In this document: piece by piece, positions 50,201 through 56,079 of the stretch | Numbering within the stretch: position 1 is the stretch's first letter | How the letters are laid out: every line of letters starts with the position of its first letter | Origin: Candidatus Omnitrophota bacterium | GTDB taxonomy: Bacteria; Omnitrophota; Omnitrophia; Omnitrophales; Aquincolibacteriaceae | DNA length: 64,000 nucleotides | Reading direction: 5' to 3' | NCBI GenBank assembly: GCA_043732705.1 | Contig: JAYTHE010000002.1 | Location: 56,385 to 120,384 of the forward strand | Made by a program: the position numbers and the translations under genes | The notes under the pieces: model-generated | Seen by the model: only the letters and a program-made list of their open reading frames with translations | The model's database searches: none | What the model was told of the DNA's origin: nothing

Positions 50201-53200
50201 GTTAAGGGTATGGATCCCGCGACAGATTCTTACAGTGCCTTTTTTGATAATGACGGCAACCCCACGAAATTGGCGCAAGAGCTTAGAAAGCGGGGAATTA
50301 AGCGAGTTTTTGTTATGGGCTTGGCCTATGATTATTGCGTGGGCTGGTCAGCCGAAGGCGCGCATAAATTAGGATTTGAAGTTGTTGTTGTAAAAGATGG
50401 TACGCGCCCGGTTGGTTTTCCTGCGGATAGTATTTCAAAAATGGATGCATCTTTTGCGGCAAAAGAAATTCCGGTTGTTTCGACTCAGGATGTTCTTGAT
50501 GCCAACGATTATCGTGGTGTCAACATGGCCAAGATGCTTGAAACCCCGATTGCGCACCCTGATTTTCCGGAAGAAGAAGATAGCTCCGCGCTTGAAGAAG
50601 ATATGTACCACATTACGATGGGCCAAACGCTGTTTCTTGAAAACTTACATAATCAGCCGGCGACTTTTGATTATTTTTATCGTGCTGCGCCTTATGGTCA
50701 GGATCACATCACGGTTTCAGGTTTGCGTTTCCTTCTTGAAGAATTAAAAAAATTCCGTTTTACTGAAGAGCAAATTCAATATCTAGCGAACATTCACAAG
50801 TTGAGCAGTGCTTCGGAGCTTGATCCAAAATATGTTGCTTACTTGCGAAATTATCGCTTCCAAGGTGATATTTCAGGCTTGCCTGAAGGCAGTGTGGCTT
50901 ATCCGAATGAACCGATTTTGACGGTCAAAGGCACGCTTTTTGACACCATGATCATTGAGACATTGATTCTGAAGACAATGAATTTTGGTGGGTTGATTTC
51001 AACTTGGGCAAGTTTGGAAAGACAACAAAAAGGAAATAATGCTCGTTTGATTGCGACCGGTCTTGAGGGCGCGCATGGAATTGCTCATAGCAGAGCAGCC
51101 TATGCGGCCTTTATTGCGGGCATCGACGCGACAGACGATTTTGATGCCGCAATGCGTTATGGAATTCCGTTAGCTGGCCCTCGCCAAAAGGGAACAAGAT
51201 TGGGCGCGGATCTTTTGACCGGTGGACCGAAATCTTCTATGGGCGGGGTTTATAAATTAGTTCATATAAATAAACGTGGTGTTGTTAAGTTGAGTGAGAA
51301 CGCGGCTAAAACATCGTTGCCCGGGAATAAAGTTATTGTTGAAGTTGTGGACAAAACCACGGGAAAAGTATTGCGTCGGTTGAAAAAGTTACAAAGTGAA
51401 AAGCTTGAGTTGGCCGCGAATGAAAAAATTAGAGTTCGATCCATTCCGCTTGTACACAAGGGCGAAGCCATTTATTCCGTACCAGATCCTTTTGAGGTTC
51501 GTGCTTATCGCGACGCGGATGCGGCGCGCCTCAAAGACATTAAAGCGTCGGAAGTTTCTCCGCGCATGGCGGCTTTCCAGAAAAAGCTCATTGATCGCAT
51601 TCATGGCCGATCTGAGCAGCGCAAGCCGCATCCGAATGTTCAGGAATCCGAATTATCAGAGGGCGAGGTAGATCAACTTTATGCTTTCTCAAAATCAATG
51701 ATGGAGCAAGCGCGAAGTATTTTGGATGAGTTTATTGTGCGGGGGTTTGGTCAATCAAAAAAAGATGATGGTAGTGTCTTGACCGATATTGACCCTGCAA
51801 TTCAACAGCGTGTTTTAGAAATGGTGCGTGAAAGATTCCCGGCGCATTATGTGCTCGCGGAAGAAAAATTGACTTCGGCTGAAGCGAGAGAGAATGACGC
51901 TTTAAAAAACTCCGATTATAAGTGGGTAGTTGATCCAATTGACGGGTCTCGAATTCTCGGAGAGGGTAATAATTATTACGCTATCTCGATCGCCCTGTAT
52001 TTCAAGGGAAAACCGGTGCTAGGATTAGTTTATTCGCCTTTCTTGGGCGGTTTTTTAGAAACTTCGCAGAATGAACCGCATGTCACCTTAAATCATATGC
52101 CGATTGTGCTTGATCCGAAGGCGGCTTTGCCTAAAACCCTCAAAACGATTATTCCGGGCACGACTCCCTACTCTGAGAATTTTAGAGAGGCCCTATTGGA
52201 TGATACTAGGCTGCGCCAAGCAGGCGTTCAAAAGATTGAAACACAAGTGGTGATCCGTTCCGCAGTGGTTAACCTGGCCAATATTTTACGTAGCCGTTAC
52301 GACTTATTTGCCAATATCGGCGAAAAGGAAATGAATATTTGGGATATTGCCGCGGCAGGCTATCTTCTGCAAAAAGCTGGGCGCAGCATGCTTGTTTCGC
52401 GTGGCGGTAAGTGGGAAAATGCTCTCGAAGTTTTTAGACATGATTTGACTTCGACGCAAACTATGAGTGGTTATCATTTTATAGCTGGATCCGACGCTGT
52501 TTTGGCCCATGTGCAAGCCATTTTGAGTCCGAGCGGTACACCCGTGAACAGTAGCCAATTACCCAGAGATGTCGAAACTGTTTCAAACCGAGTGATCTCG
52601 CACGATAAGCCCTTCGCGGCGGTATTCGATTTTCATGGAACCTTGGTAGAAACTACATGGAAAAATGAATTTGCGCTTGCGTATGACCAGGTGAAAAAAG
52701 TTGGTATGGCTGCCGCGCTTGCATGGGTTGAAAAAAACGCGCATCAAGATTTACGAGTTTTTATGCCCGCGCAGCTTGGAATGAAACAGTCTGAATTTTT
52801 AAAAATTTTGGCGGTAGCACAGGAAGAGTCTCGTGAAAACTATTTTCCGCGACTGCTTGACGGCGCGCGTGAAATGGTTCAGGCGCTTTTGGAAAGAAAT
52901 GTGCCTGTTTTTATTCTTACGGGGTCGCCGAGTGAGGTTGTTTTAAAACAGCTTGAGCAAGCGGGCCTGCTTGATTTAATTCCTAAAGAAAACATTATTA
53001 CTCGAGATCGCATTGAGCAATCCACCGGTAAGGTTCAAGGATCGCTCAAAGATGCGGCGATTTCAAGTCTTCAAACGCAGCTTCCTAATCACCGCTTTTT
53101 ACATTTTAGCGATTCACCGGGTGGATTCGAATCAATTCACCAAATCGAGGGTTTTAATTTTGGGCGCGTGGATGGCGAAGGCCAGGAAAGGGTCGCTAAG

Positions 53201-54952
53201 CGGGAAAGGATGGTTGGAAGTCAGGCTGATTTCTTGTTGAACGCTGGGTTTAAGCATTGGCGAGAGCTAATTGATTTTCTGAAAATTAAAACAGCGTTGC
53301 AATACCAAGCTCCCGTGCTTGCGACGACCAGTGATGAGGCCGTTGAAGTCCCGTTTATTTTGCCGGCAAAGCGGAATGGTGGATTGGCCCTCCACATTTT
53401 TGTCAGTGACGATCTGAAGGAGGTTACTTATTCGGAAGTGCTTGACGATTCTCAAGTTTATGGCAAAGAGGGTGCTGTAGATTATACGAAACTTAAACTT
53501 AAAAAAATCGCTACGTTTCCAAGCTCTTACCTTATTTCTCCATCCAAACAAATTGCGGTACTTTCGCCGCCGGAAGTTTTAGACGCGATCGGGCGTGTTT
53601 GGCCCCAACATAAACGCTATACGACTTATCGTGGCGTCACGACATCGTGGGATCAAGAGGAAGACATTAATGTTTGGTCATTCAACATTGATAGCGGTTA
53701 CCTGCTTAAGGTTTTGCATGAAGCCGGGTTGCTCAACGAGACTGTCAAAAAAGCCGCTGAAGTGGGCGTGGGCGGCGGACAGGTTTCCGCCGATATTGTC
53801 GCAGCGCTGCCTCATTTGGAGGAAATGACGTTCTCCGATATTAGTTTGTATGCTTTGCGCGCCGCAAAGGCAAACATTTTGCCGTGGATTAAGAAGAAAC
53901 TCATACGGCTTAGGACTTTTCTTGGAAAAGGTATTAAAGCCTTTCCGAAAGATTTAGATTTGTTGATTGTCAATCCGCCTTATATTCCCACATCGCCATT
54001 TGAAAAAAGACCCACGAACGATCCTTATCGAGGTACCGGGTTGATTCATGAAGTGATTCAAGACGGTTTTAGGCATTTAAATCCTGCGAATCCTAAGGCA
54101 GCGGTTGTGATGAATGTAAGCTCTTTGGCCGCACAGGATTTTGAGCGTTATCAGCAAGAGTTTTCAGCGCAAGTTGAAATTTCGCCGATTGGGGAGCCTT
54201 TACTTGTGCCGCTTAAAATTCGTACGATTTCAGAAGAGTGGAAGCGGTGGTTGGTTGAAAATGGAATGCTTGAAAGACGCCCCACGACCAAGCTAGGCGA
54301 AGAGGAATATTGGCACCGGATTCAAGCCTATGTCATTCGCCCCAAGGCGAATGTGCGTTCGGAACAACGTTTAGCAGATAGTCAGCCTGTAACTATTTTT
54401 CAATCCAAGCCTGTTCGTGCTTCTGCAGTTGAAGGGGTTTTTGTAGCTCCTATTACAGTGCTTGTTGATGCGCGTGACTTTGCCGCTTTTAATTCGGAAC
54501 AGAAGCAAGAGTTTTTTAAGTTGTTCGAAAAATATCAAGGGCAACAGCATTTGAAATTTATCTTTGAAAATATAGCAGCTTTAAACGAACAAGATCCTGT
54601 CGCTGCTGAATTACGGGATTTTGCAGGGCAATATCCACGTTTGATTGAAACGCGCAATCAATCCCTAGATAGGTTGGCACTTCCGAAAACAGCGGTGATT
54701 ATGGTTTCAAAAGAGGGGCTGGATAACGCGGCTCGGGAAAGTATGATCCGAAGCAGTGTGCCCCAGCACTTGATCGTTTCATATAAAAGACAAAATATCT
54801 CCGCAGGGTTAATTACAGCGGCACTTTTATTGTTTCAATCGGAACGGTATCAAGCTTATCAAAACCGGTCACTTTCAGAAGTTCCGAGTGATTTACAAGC
54901 TCAAGTATTTGAGATTTTGGAAAGCTTTGTTTATATTGGGCGTTCGGCTTAA
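41261..54952 (+). CDS. Giant (4563 aa) exported multi-enzyme protein carrying NAD-salvage domains, partitioned by RSEQR motifs
   Basis: Single ORF; probable GTG start at 41327 after AAGGA; signal peptide; domains are listed separately below. Confidence 0.92.
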   Translation: MIFEKDQLRFLKVVSSKKKESIVLSQNHFFYSARLRRVIAFFLVIVFLFSDYAFLPASFAQTLRATGAGNLSASNFVPMKLAFSESWGKVDETFKGASQKTLILIQDAHDSLEAQENIAHLVDYFVREKKVHTVYEEGLEGKVPTDDYFGFIRNSDVKREVAYYLMDHLRVGGAEYAHINRHRPFNLVGIDNHKLHEQNLFWFRRVFQNSDVIQNDLRLLKKRLQKIADKKLNKKIKSWLKGYERYHRGEMAFYDFLRPSVDALGKQPFPSKQFPQIQILREPSDLAQIKTPELFKEVESFDSWMLEALGHNADEKELLRLFRQVMLFEKLSTFKLTPHEFKWAQEVLRSFNTQAAAKFIHRASNQSVVLSTVWESYLRDALQFYETAYARDEAVEQNLANGFLNDKENEAVLVFGGFHKDAIKNILQRHGISYAVISPKISGVSKRHQAYYQEIMAHGYLKSELPQALARATVQNHVFQITSREGFPAYLRRVLPPRLSSLLPLTIARSEQRDNGIERVDYPDSHLRIAMAQINTTVGDFEGNYRKALASYEKARTQDVDVLVLPELTISGYLPEDLVNKEHFVRQNKETLHLFAKQIQDMTVVIGFIDSDDQGNLYNAAAVISDGEVKHVYHKWDLPNYGVFDEKRNFTGKETTIFTPGHTPFVFTVKGLPVGLNICEDIWNDRGRGLNVYEEEAKLGAKLQINISASPFHEQKLDQVRLDLLRKRAAQTGSIILYANLVGGQDEVVFDGGSMIMTPQGELTARGAQFQEDLVITDVDLSRSNNQPHADALFPAMSPSQNSSRKVPLEKRELTPPLSAIAEDYEAMVLATRDYLRKSGFKTVVLGLSGGIDSAVVAAIARDAIGAENVKGISMPTQFNSEGTKSDARITAEKLGIKFEENPIQNLFSLFLSTVEGNAKTGFVATFYAFLRWFSMMPKFGHWFQRFSLVGFSAFGISEENMQARIRGMMLMRESNKNGSLLLTTGNKSETAVGYATLYGDMAGGFAPIKDAYKTRVFDFARYVNQRDAREVIPVSTIDRPPSAELNKDQKDEDALPPYVTELDPMLKLYLEKNAPAEDLAVVAGMKQALTEKGIYSEEKHRLFADEVFTTGNLIQALAKLRAQLGNPNDEPFSSLKERAAELGSKKAHDVIRRVDLNEYKRRQGPPGVKLTPTAFGKDRRMPIVNTYRQRGVEDFLRRDGAPRAVTVKKEDAALIVGKFAPFHNGHESLIRQALNENEKVVVLVYDHPELINISATEMAEMITKIINNERLTVIPVYGAPPAGDSREARQAHLDFMKRQLPPNIHVTKVYNNEWYGKDIANGLNAEIIQPDPKRTQIGISAKKIRQDPTSLAEAHVHPDMWERLQKSGTKMWAVPDQERLYREGMDASFVDRSMDEAEKVRIRASIEAKNPGYADKAKLFAPVKWDPATYESENLPSVVGNLRDHATFSQQRGVRILDLLIRDPKKGWAIPKVLEPFREAIQMAVEHERAINPDFDELHVYVTIDQKKVEPDKFQRRPGGHADAFPTKETNNISSELVLDDTYIMSDRPEISTWLMPGPFPVKDVDLNDDEAVLKRFDEVGQKQIAAGKAKQMPAFQMIRMTPYDIHAVAQNKTGHPIERTFIKVQFSRDRLNMMGNTLNRVEDKKGTPVFDYSDWTWIPRKQGVRNNRNSILGWNRADADQFLEVDPSKIDFNQGKVAFDWAEPEVLFIKKIEGVHAEPAIEGEVLETKVNGDIVTFNIAQKGDRKITTSQGDQYFLSDEKFRDRYFADEGKDGFYQPQAQVARAIRIIKPIRIRSSWGAWQYLSVGSVLVSTHADHAYGIHKDNYEASYRRTDAEGNFLSEQLLNPDQVVSADVSPALKGQIESLNPAHSTDNLFGVAKWDVAGFNEPHLPVVISDTLSNRDNVSYFEGDTGIRYLDLLIYAPGQGWAIPKNLEPFIEPIRLAYEAERLANPAFKERFIHITVDQKTVPIDKPGRRPGLHADAGLKDANGRSIDVLAENRREIEAMRGKSSDHAYVFYDKLPTEFYPGPFHLEQAADGATFESLVPPGQTPVTYPKFTLLRLNAFDVHTSTINQTGESQKRTFFKLQFTERLLDRPNNSINSFLNYDRARAVSVQRSEQRSNMSREDALANIARLNAARPKGYPERSLNLTKPYTAPIVYKNARSKKNPYGWAHPDLSDSKISAADRHRAIETLRAHIMRFDEQFDLRTDFDPETGLPVNDAETGLNGRGSLGRHGPNPAEDAIFLRYNKAGELEVLVIERNDGGGRALPGGMIKEGEENLVGVTSTRELEEETKLQIDMTKGVVVFRGKANEWRDTNDAWMVTRGVAVLLSWEESQHLKPHAGSDAKKKTARFVKVTDNMGLYAHHQINVNNAVAMVRNGQLQTSDEAINKNIPAVDITITDIEEAYELFKAGKGKVSESYDLIVPETPHGGGYAVFAGLEETLSSIRRRRFTPDHIAALRKMETFSEDFLKFLQQFTFEGDLDALPEGSVVSPKIPLMRIQATPVEMALLKGLIQNRIGFSTNIATKTARITQAANGDFVTPEAMERLRKKDGLAPEQVKKIRPVSDFGQRRGQGKGSLVASLAAIIGGAISTSFVKAAKQFFLNASGTMAHLFISSFPAKLEIMAFRIWGKIYPKTSIFLLDTYDSIEATKKAIIVAKEMVLNGGQLFGVRLDSGDLVVLSRTIRKMLDDADLHYVKIFATDDLDEFKITDILSKGARIDGFGVGTNLITGGKQATLKLEFVPSHGERYWRARHQGQFTRYVRTDRDRVAHASYGEEMTELLRPFWRKGQRVQDAKKPWKAHERAIDELRQFKPENKKLENAATIPVEDQKNPLTINPETDAIISIDATKAFMKKGGLPVKDGDDVVAPIKLLLRRFPKNRRFAAVDKHPRGHISWASSFVGTPPMTYLTYEEVEKWTDANHKIGPNAKFDLAQLKEKLKRIGGQMLWPDHAGENTPESELHPDFLESDFEYIEVKGMDPATDSYSAFFDNDGNPTKLAQELRKRGIKRVFVMGLAYDYCVGWSAEGAHKLGFEVVVVKDGTRPVGFPADSISKMDASFAAKEIPVVSTQDVLDANDYRGVNMAKMLETPIAHPDFPEEEDSSALEEDMYHITMGQTLFLENLHNQPATFDYFYRAAPYGQDHITVSGLRFLLEELKKFRFTEEQIQYLANIHKLSSASELDPKYVAYLRNYRFQGDISGLPEGSVAYPNEPILTVKGTLFDTMIIETLILKTMNFGGLISTWASLERQQKGNNARLIATGLEGAHGIAHSRAAYAAFIAGIDATDDFDAAMRYGIPLAGPRQKGTRLGADLLTGGPKSSMGGVYKLVHINKRGVVKLSENAAKTSLPGNKVIVEVVDKTTGKVLRRLKKLQSEKLELAANEKIRVRSIPLVHKGEAIYSVPDPFEVRAYRDADAARLKDIKASEVSPRMAAFQKKLIDRIHGRSEQRKPHPNVQESELSEGEVDQLYAFSKSMMEQARSILDEFIVRGFGQSKKDDGSVLTDIDPAIQQRVLEMVRERFPAHYVLAEEKLTSAEARENDALKNSDYKWVVDPIDGSRILGEGNNYYAISIALYFKGKPVLGLVYSPFLGGFLETSQNEPHVTLNHMPIVLDPKAALPKTLKTIIPGTTPYSENFREALLDDTRLRQAGVQKIETQVVIRSAVVNLANILRSRYDLFANIGEKEMNIWDIAAAGYLLQKAGRSMLVSRGGKWENALEVFRHDLTSTQTMSGYHFIAGSDAVLAHVQAILSPSGTPVNSSQLPRDVETVSNRVISHDKPFAAVFDFHGTLVETTWKNEFALAYDQVKKVGMAAALAWVEKNAHQDLRVFMPAQLGMKQSEFLKILAVAQEESRENYFPRLLDGAREMVQALLERNVPVFILTGSPSEVVLKQLEQAGLLDLIPKENIITRDRIEQSTGKVQGSLKDAAISSLQTQLPNHRFLHFSDSPGGFESIHQIEGFNFGRVDGEGQERVAKRERMVGSQADFLLNAGFKHWRELIDFLKIKTALQYQAPVLATTSDEAVEVPFILPAKRNGGLALHIFVSDDLKEVTYSEVLDDSQVYGKEGAVDYTKLKLKKIATFPSSYLISPSKQIAVLSPPEVLDAIGRVWPQHKRYTTYRGVTTSWDQEEDINVWSFNIDSGYLLKVLHEAGLLNETVKKAAEVGVGGGQVSADIVAALPHLEEMTFSDISLYALRAAKANILPWIKKKLIRLRTFLGKGIKAFPKDLDLLIVNPPYIPTSPFEKRPTNDPYRGTGLIHEVIQDGFRHLNPANPKAAVVMNVSSLAAQDFERYQQEFSAQVEISPIGEPLLVPLKIRTISEEWKRWLVENGMLERRPTTKLGEEEYWHRIQAYVIRPKANVRSEQRLADSQPVTIFQSKPVRASAVEGVFVAPITVLVDARDFAAFNSEQKQEFFKLFEKYQGQQHLKFIFENIAALNEQDPVAAELRDFAGQYPRLIETRNQSLDRLALPKTAVIMVSKEGLDNAARESMIRSSVPQHLIVSYKRQNISAGLITAALLLFQSERYQAYQNRSLSEVPSDLQAQVFEILESFVYIGRSA
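41520..42640 (+). other. Giant-protein domain: TIKI/TraB/ChaN-like N-terminal domain
   Basis: IQDAH, YEEG, ARD and VFGGFH occur in the order of the H, E, R(N/D), GxxH motifs. Confidence 0.5.
42839..44820 (+). other. nadE: Giant-protein domain: glutamine-dependent NAD+ synthetase
   Basis: Nitrilase triad PEL / K..LPNY / ICED; GLSGGIDS, ENMQARIR, GNKSE..GYATLYGD, PPSAEL, EYKRRQ. Confidence 0.93.
44895..45350 (+). other. Giant-protein domain: NadR/NadM-like HxGH nucleotidyltransferase
   Basis: GKFAPFHNGH and ISAKKIR. Confidence 0.8.
45530..47590 (+). other. Giant-protein domains: two homologous 2OG-Fe(II)-oxygenase-like units flanking a PGDYG-like unit
   Basis: RRPG(G/L)HADA, D(I/V)H and RTF(I/F)K each occur twice; AQKGD..GDQY..F..RY between them. 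Confidence 0.5.
47640..48400 (+). other. Giant-protein domain: NUDT9-like ADP-ribose pyrophosphatase (Nudix)
   Basis: TGLNGRGSLGRHGPN, ALPGGM..RELEEE, TNDAWM, AGSDA, LYAHH. Confidence 0.85.
48460..49760 (+). other. pncB: Giant-protein domain: nicotinate phosphoribosyltransferase copy 1 (barrel intact)
   Basis: IATK, DFGQRR, GTMAH, LLDTYD, GVRLDSGD, FGVGTNL. Confidence 0.88.
49790..50490 (+). other. pncA: Giant-protein domain: nicotinamidase
   Basis: SID..F..GGLPV, DKHP, WPDH, VKG..DSYSAF, GLAYDYCV. Confidence 0.9.
50580..51600 (+). other. Giant-protein domain: nicotinate phosphoribosyltransferase copy 2 (barrel largely deleted)
   Basis: DMYHITM, FDYFYR, PEG..PNEP, IET, GGVYKLV, KLSE..KTSLPG; lacks GTxAH, DTYD and RLDSG. 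Confidence 0.8.
51650..52530 (+). other. Giant-protein domain: inositol monophosphatase-family phosphatase
   Basis: LTDID, AEE, WVVDPIDGS, WDIAAA. Confidence 0.85.
52610..53290 (+). other. Giant-protein domain: HAD-family hydrolase
   Basis: VFDFHGTL, ILTGS, K, FSDS. Confidence 0.7.
53600..54345 (+). other. Giant-protein domain: class I SAM methyltransferase (HemK-like)
   Basis: EVGVGGG, SDIS, VNPPY. Confidence 0.8.
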
Positions 54953-54972
54953 TCCGCTTAAAATTCGCGGGG

Positions 54973-56079
54973 TTAGGGCAGGCGTTTTGACCCGGCTGTG
55001 TCAAGTATTTGGCAAATGGAAGCCTTTGTAAATTCCTTCCCGAAAACGCGGTGCCACACCTCGGGCGATTCCATAATTAAGTAAGTGGTTACACCGGGAA
55101 GATGCTTTTCGAGCATCTCGACCAAGCCTTTATAGAGTTCGAGGCGGCGGTGTTTGAAATAACGCAATTTTCCGTCCATGCCGTTGACCCATTGTCCGTA
55201 AGGTAATTTTGATTTCGGAAAACGGTCCTGCATTTTCTTTTTGAGATCCGGCATCATGCGCAAGGAGCCGATTGAAATCCAGGCAATTTTATCGGCCGGC
55301 ACTGCCGCTGCGATTTTCTGAACGGTGATTTCGTATTCTATTTCCCAATTTTCAAAATCAATCATCGGGTCAAAATGAAATCCGACGCGGTAGCCCGGAA
55401 TTTTAGCGATTTTGGATGCGGCTTCCAATCTCTCCGCGATTGTGGCGCATTTATGCTCTTCTTCTTTCTGAATCGGTCCGGCATTAATCGACCAAGATAC
55501 GATGGTTTTACCTTCAGGTTTTAAATCCAAAAGATTTTTGATGTTATCGCTTTTCGTTTTAAATTCGAGCACGGCATTTTTTTGCTTCGCAAAAAAAGGT
55601 ACAAGAATTTTCGACGTATGCGTGATGTGATCAAGCGAAAGCGAATCGGATAAATGGCCGGTGCCGATGCGGAAAAATTTACCGGGGTGGCGATTAAGGA
55701 ATTTTTGAAGATTATCGAGAATCTCATCCATGTTTACGTAAATCATCAGCAGGGGATTGGTTAAATAAGCCTGCAGAATGCAATAGCTGCATTCCATGTC
55801 GCAGCCTTCCTGTAAATGAAGCGAGTGATAATCGCAGGAGAAATAATCTTCGGCTTCGGGAAAAGGTTTGAAGGAACGGCCCTGATCGCGCGCCAGGAAA
55901 ATTGTTTTCTTGCCTTGCACCCAGGGGTCACGATTGGTTTTTACGTTTTCATAAACATCGCTCGCGTGTTTCGCGCTTTCACGCGGGACATTCGGAAAGC
56001 GTTTCAAAATATCTTTTGTAAGCGGAAGTTTTTCTGCACCTTTTTCGATATAGATTTTGGAGGGAGTGAACAATTTCAT
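54973..56079 (-). CDS. Spore photoproduct lyase-family radical SAM protein
   Basis: CDMECSYC.LQ.Y, SDSL, LEFKTKS, HFDP, ME. Confidence 0.85.
   Translation of the reverse strand: MKLFTPSKIYIEKGAEKLPLTKDILKRFPNVPRESAKHASDVYENVKTNRDPWVQGKKTIFLARDQGRSFKPFPEAEDYFSCDYHSLHLQEGCDMECSYCILQAYLTNPLLMIYVNMDEILDNLQKFLNRHPGKFFRIGTGHLSDSLSLDHITHTSKILVPFFAKQKNAVLEFKTKSDNIKNLLDLKPEGKTIVSWSINAGPIQKEEEHKCATIAERLEAASKIAKIPGYRVGFHFDPMIDFENWEIEYEITVQKIAAAVPADKIAWISIGSLRMMPDLKKKMQDRFPKSKLPYGQWVNGMDGKLRYFKHRRLELYKGLVEMLEKHLPGVTTYLIMESPEVWHRVFGKEFTKASICQILDTAGSKRLP

Noticed and set aside
41753-53828. Many short antisense and off-frame ORFs inside the giant gene
   Set aside because: They are shadows of a long ORF with clear domain motifs and have no recognisable features of their own
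41261-54952. Giant ORF as an assembly chimera, read-through artefact or intein-containing gene
   Set aside because: One uninterrupted frame with systematic linker motifs and complementary PncB halves; I saw no intein C/S...HN signature. Read mapping would still be prudent.
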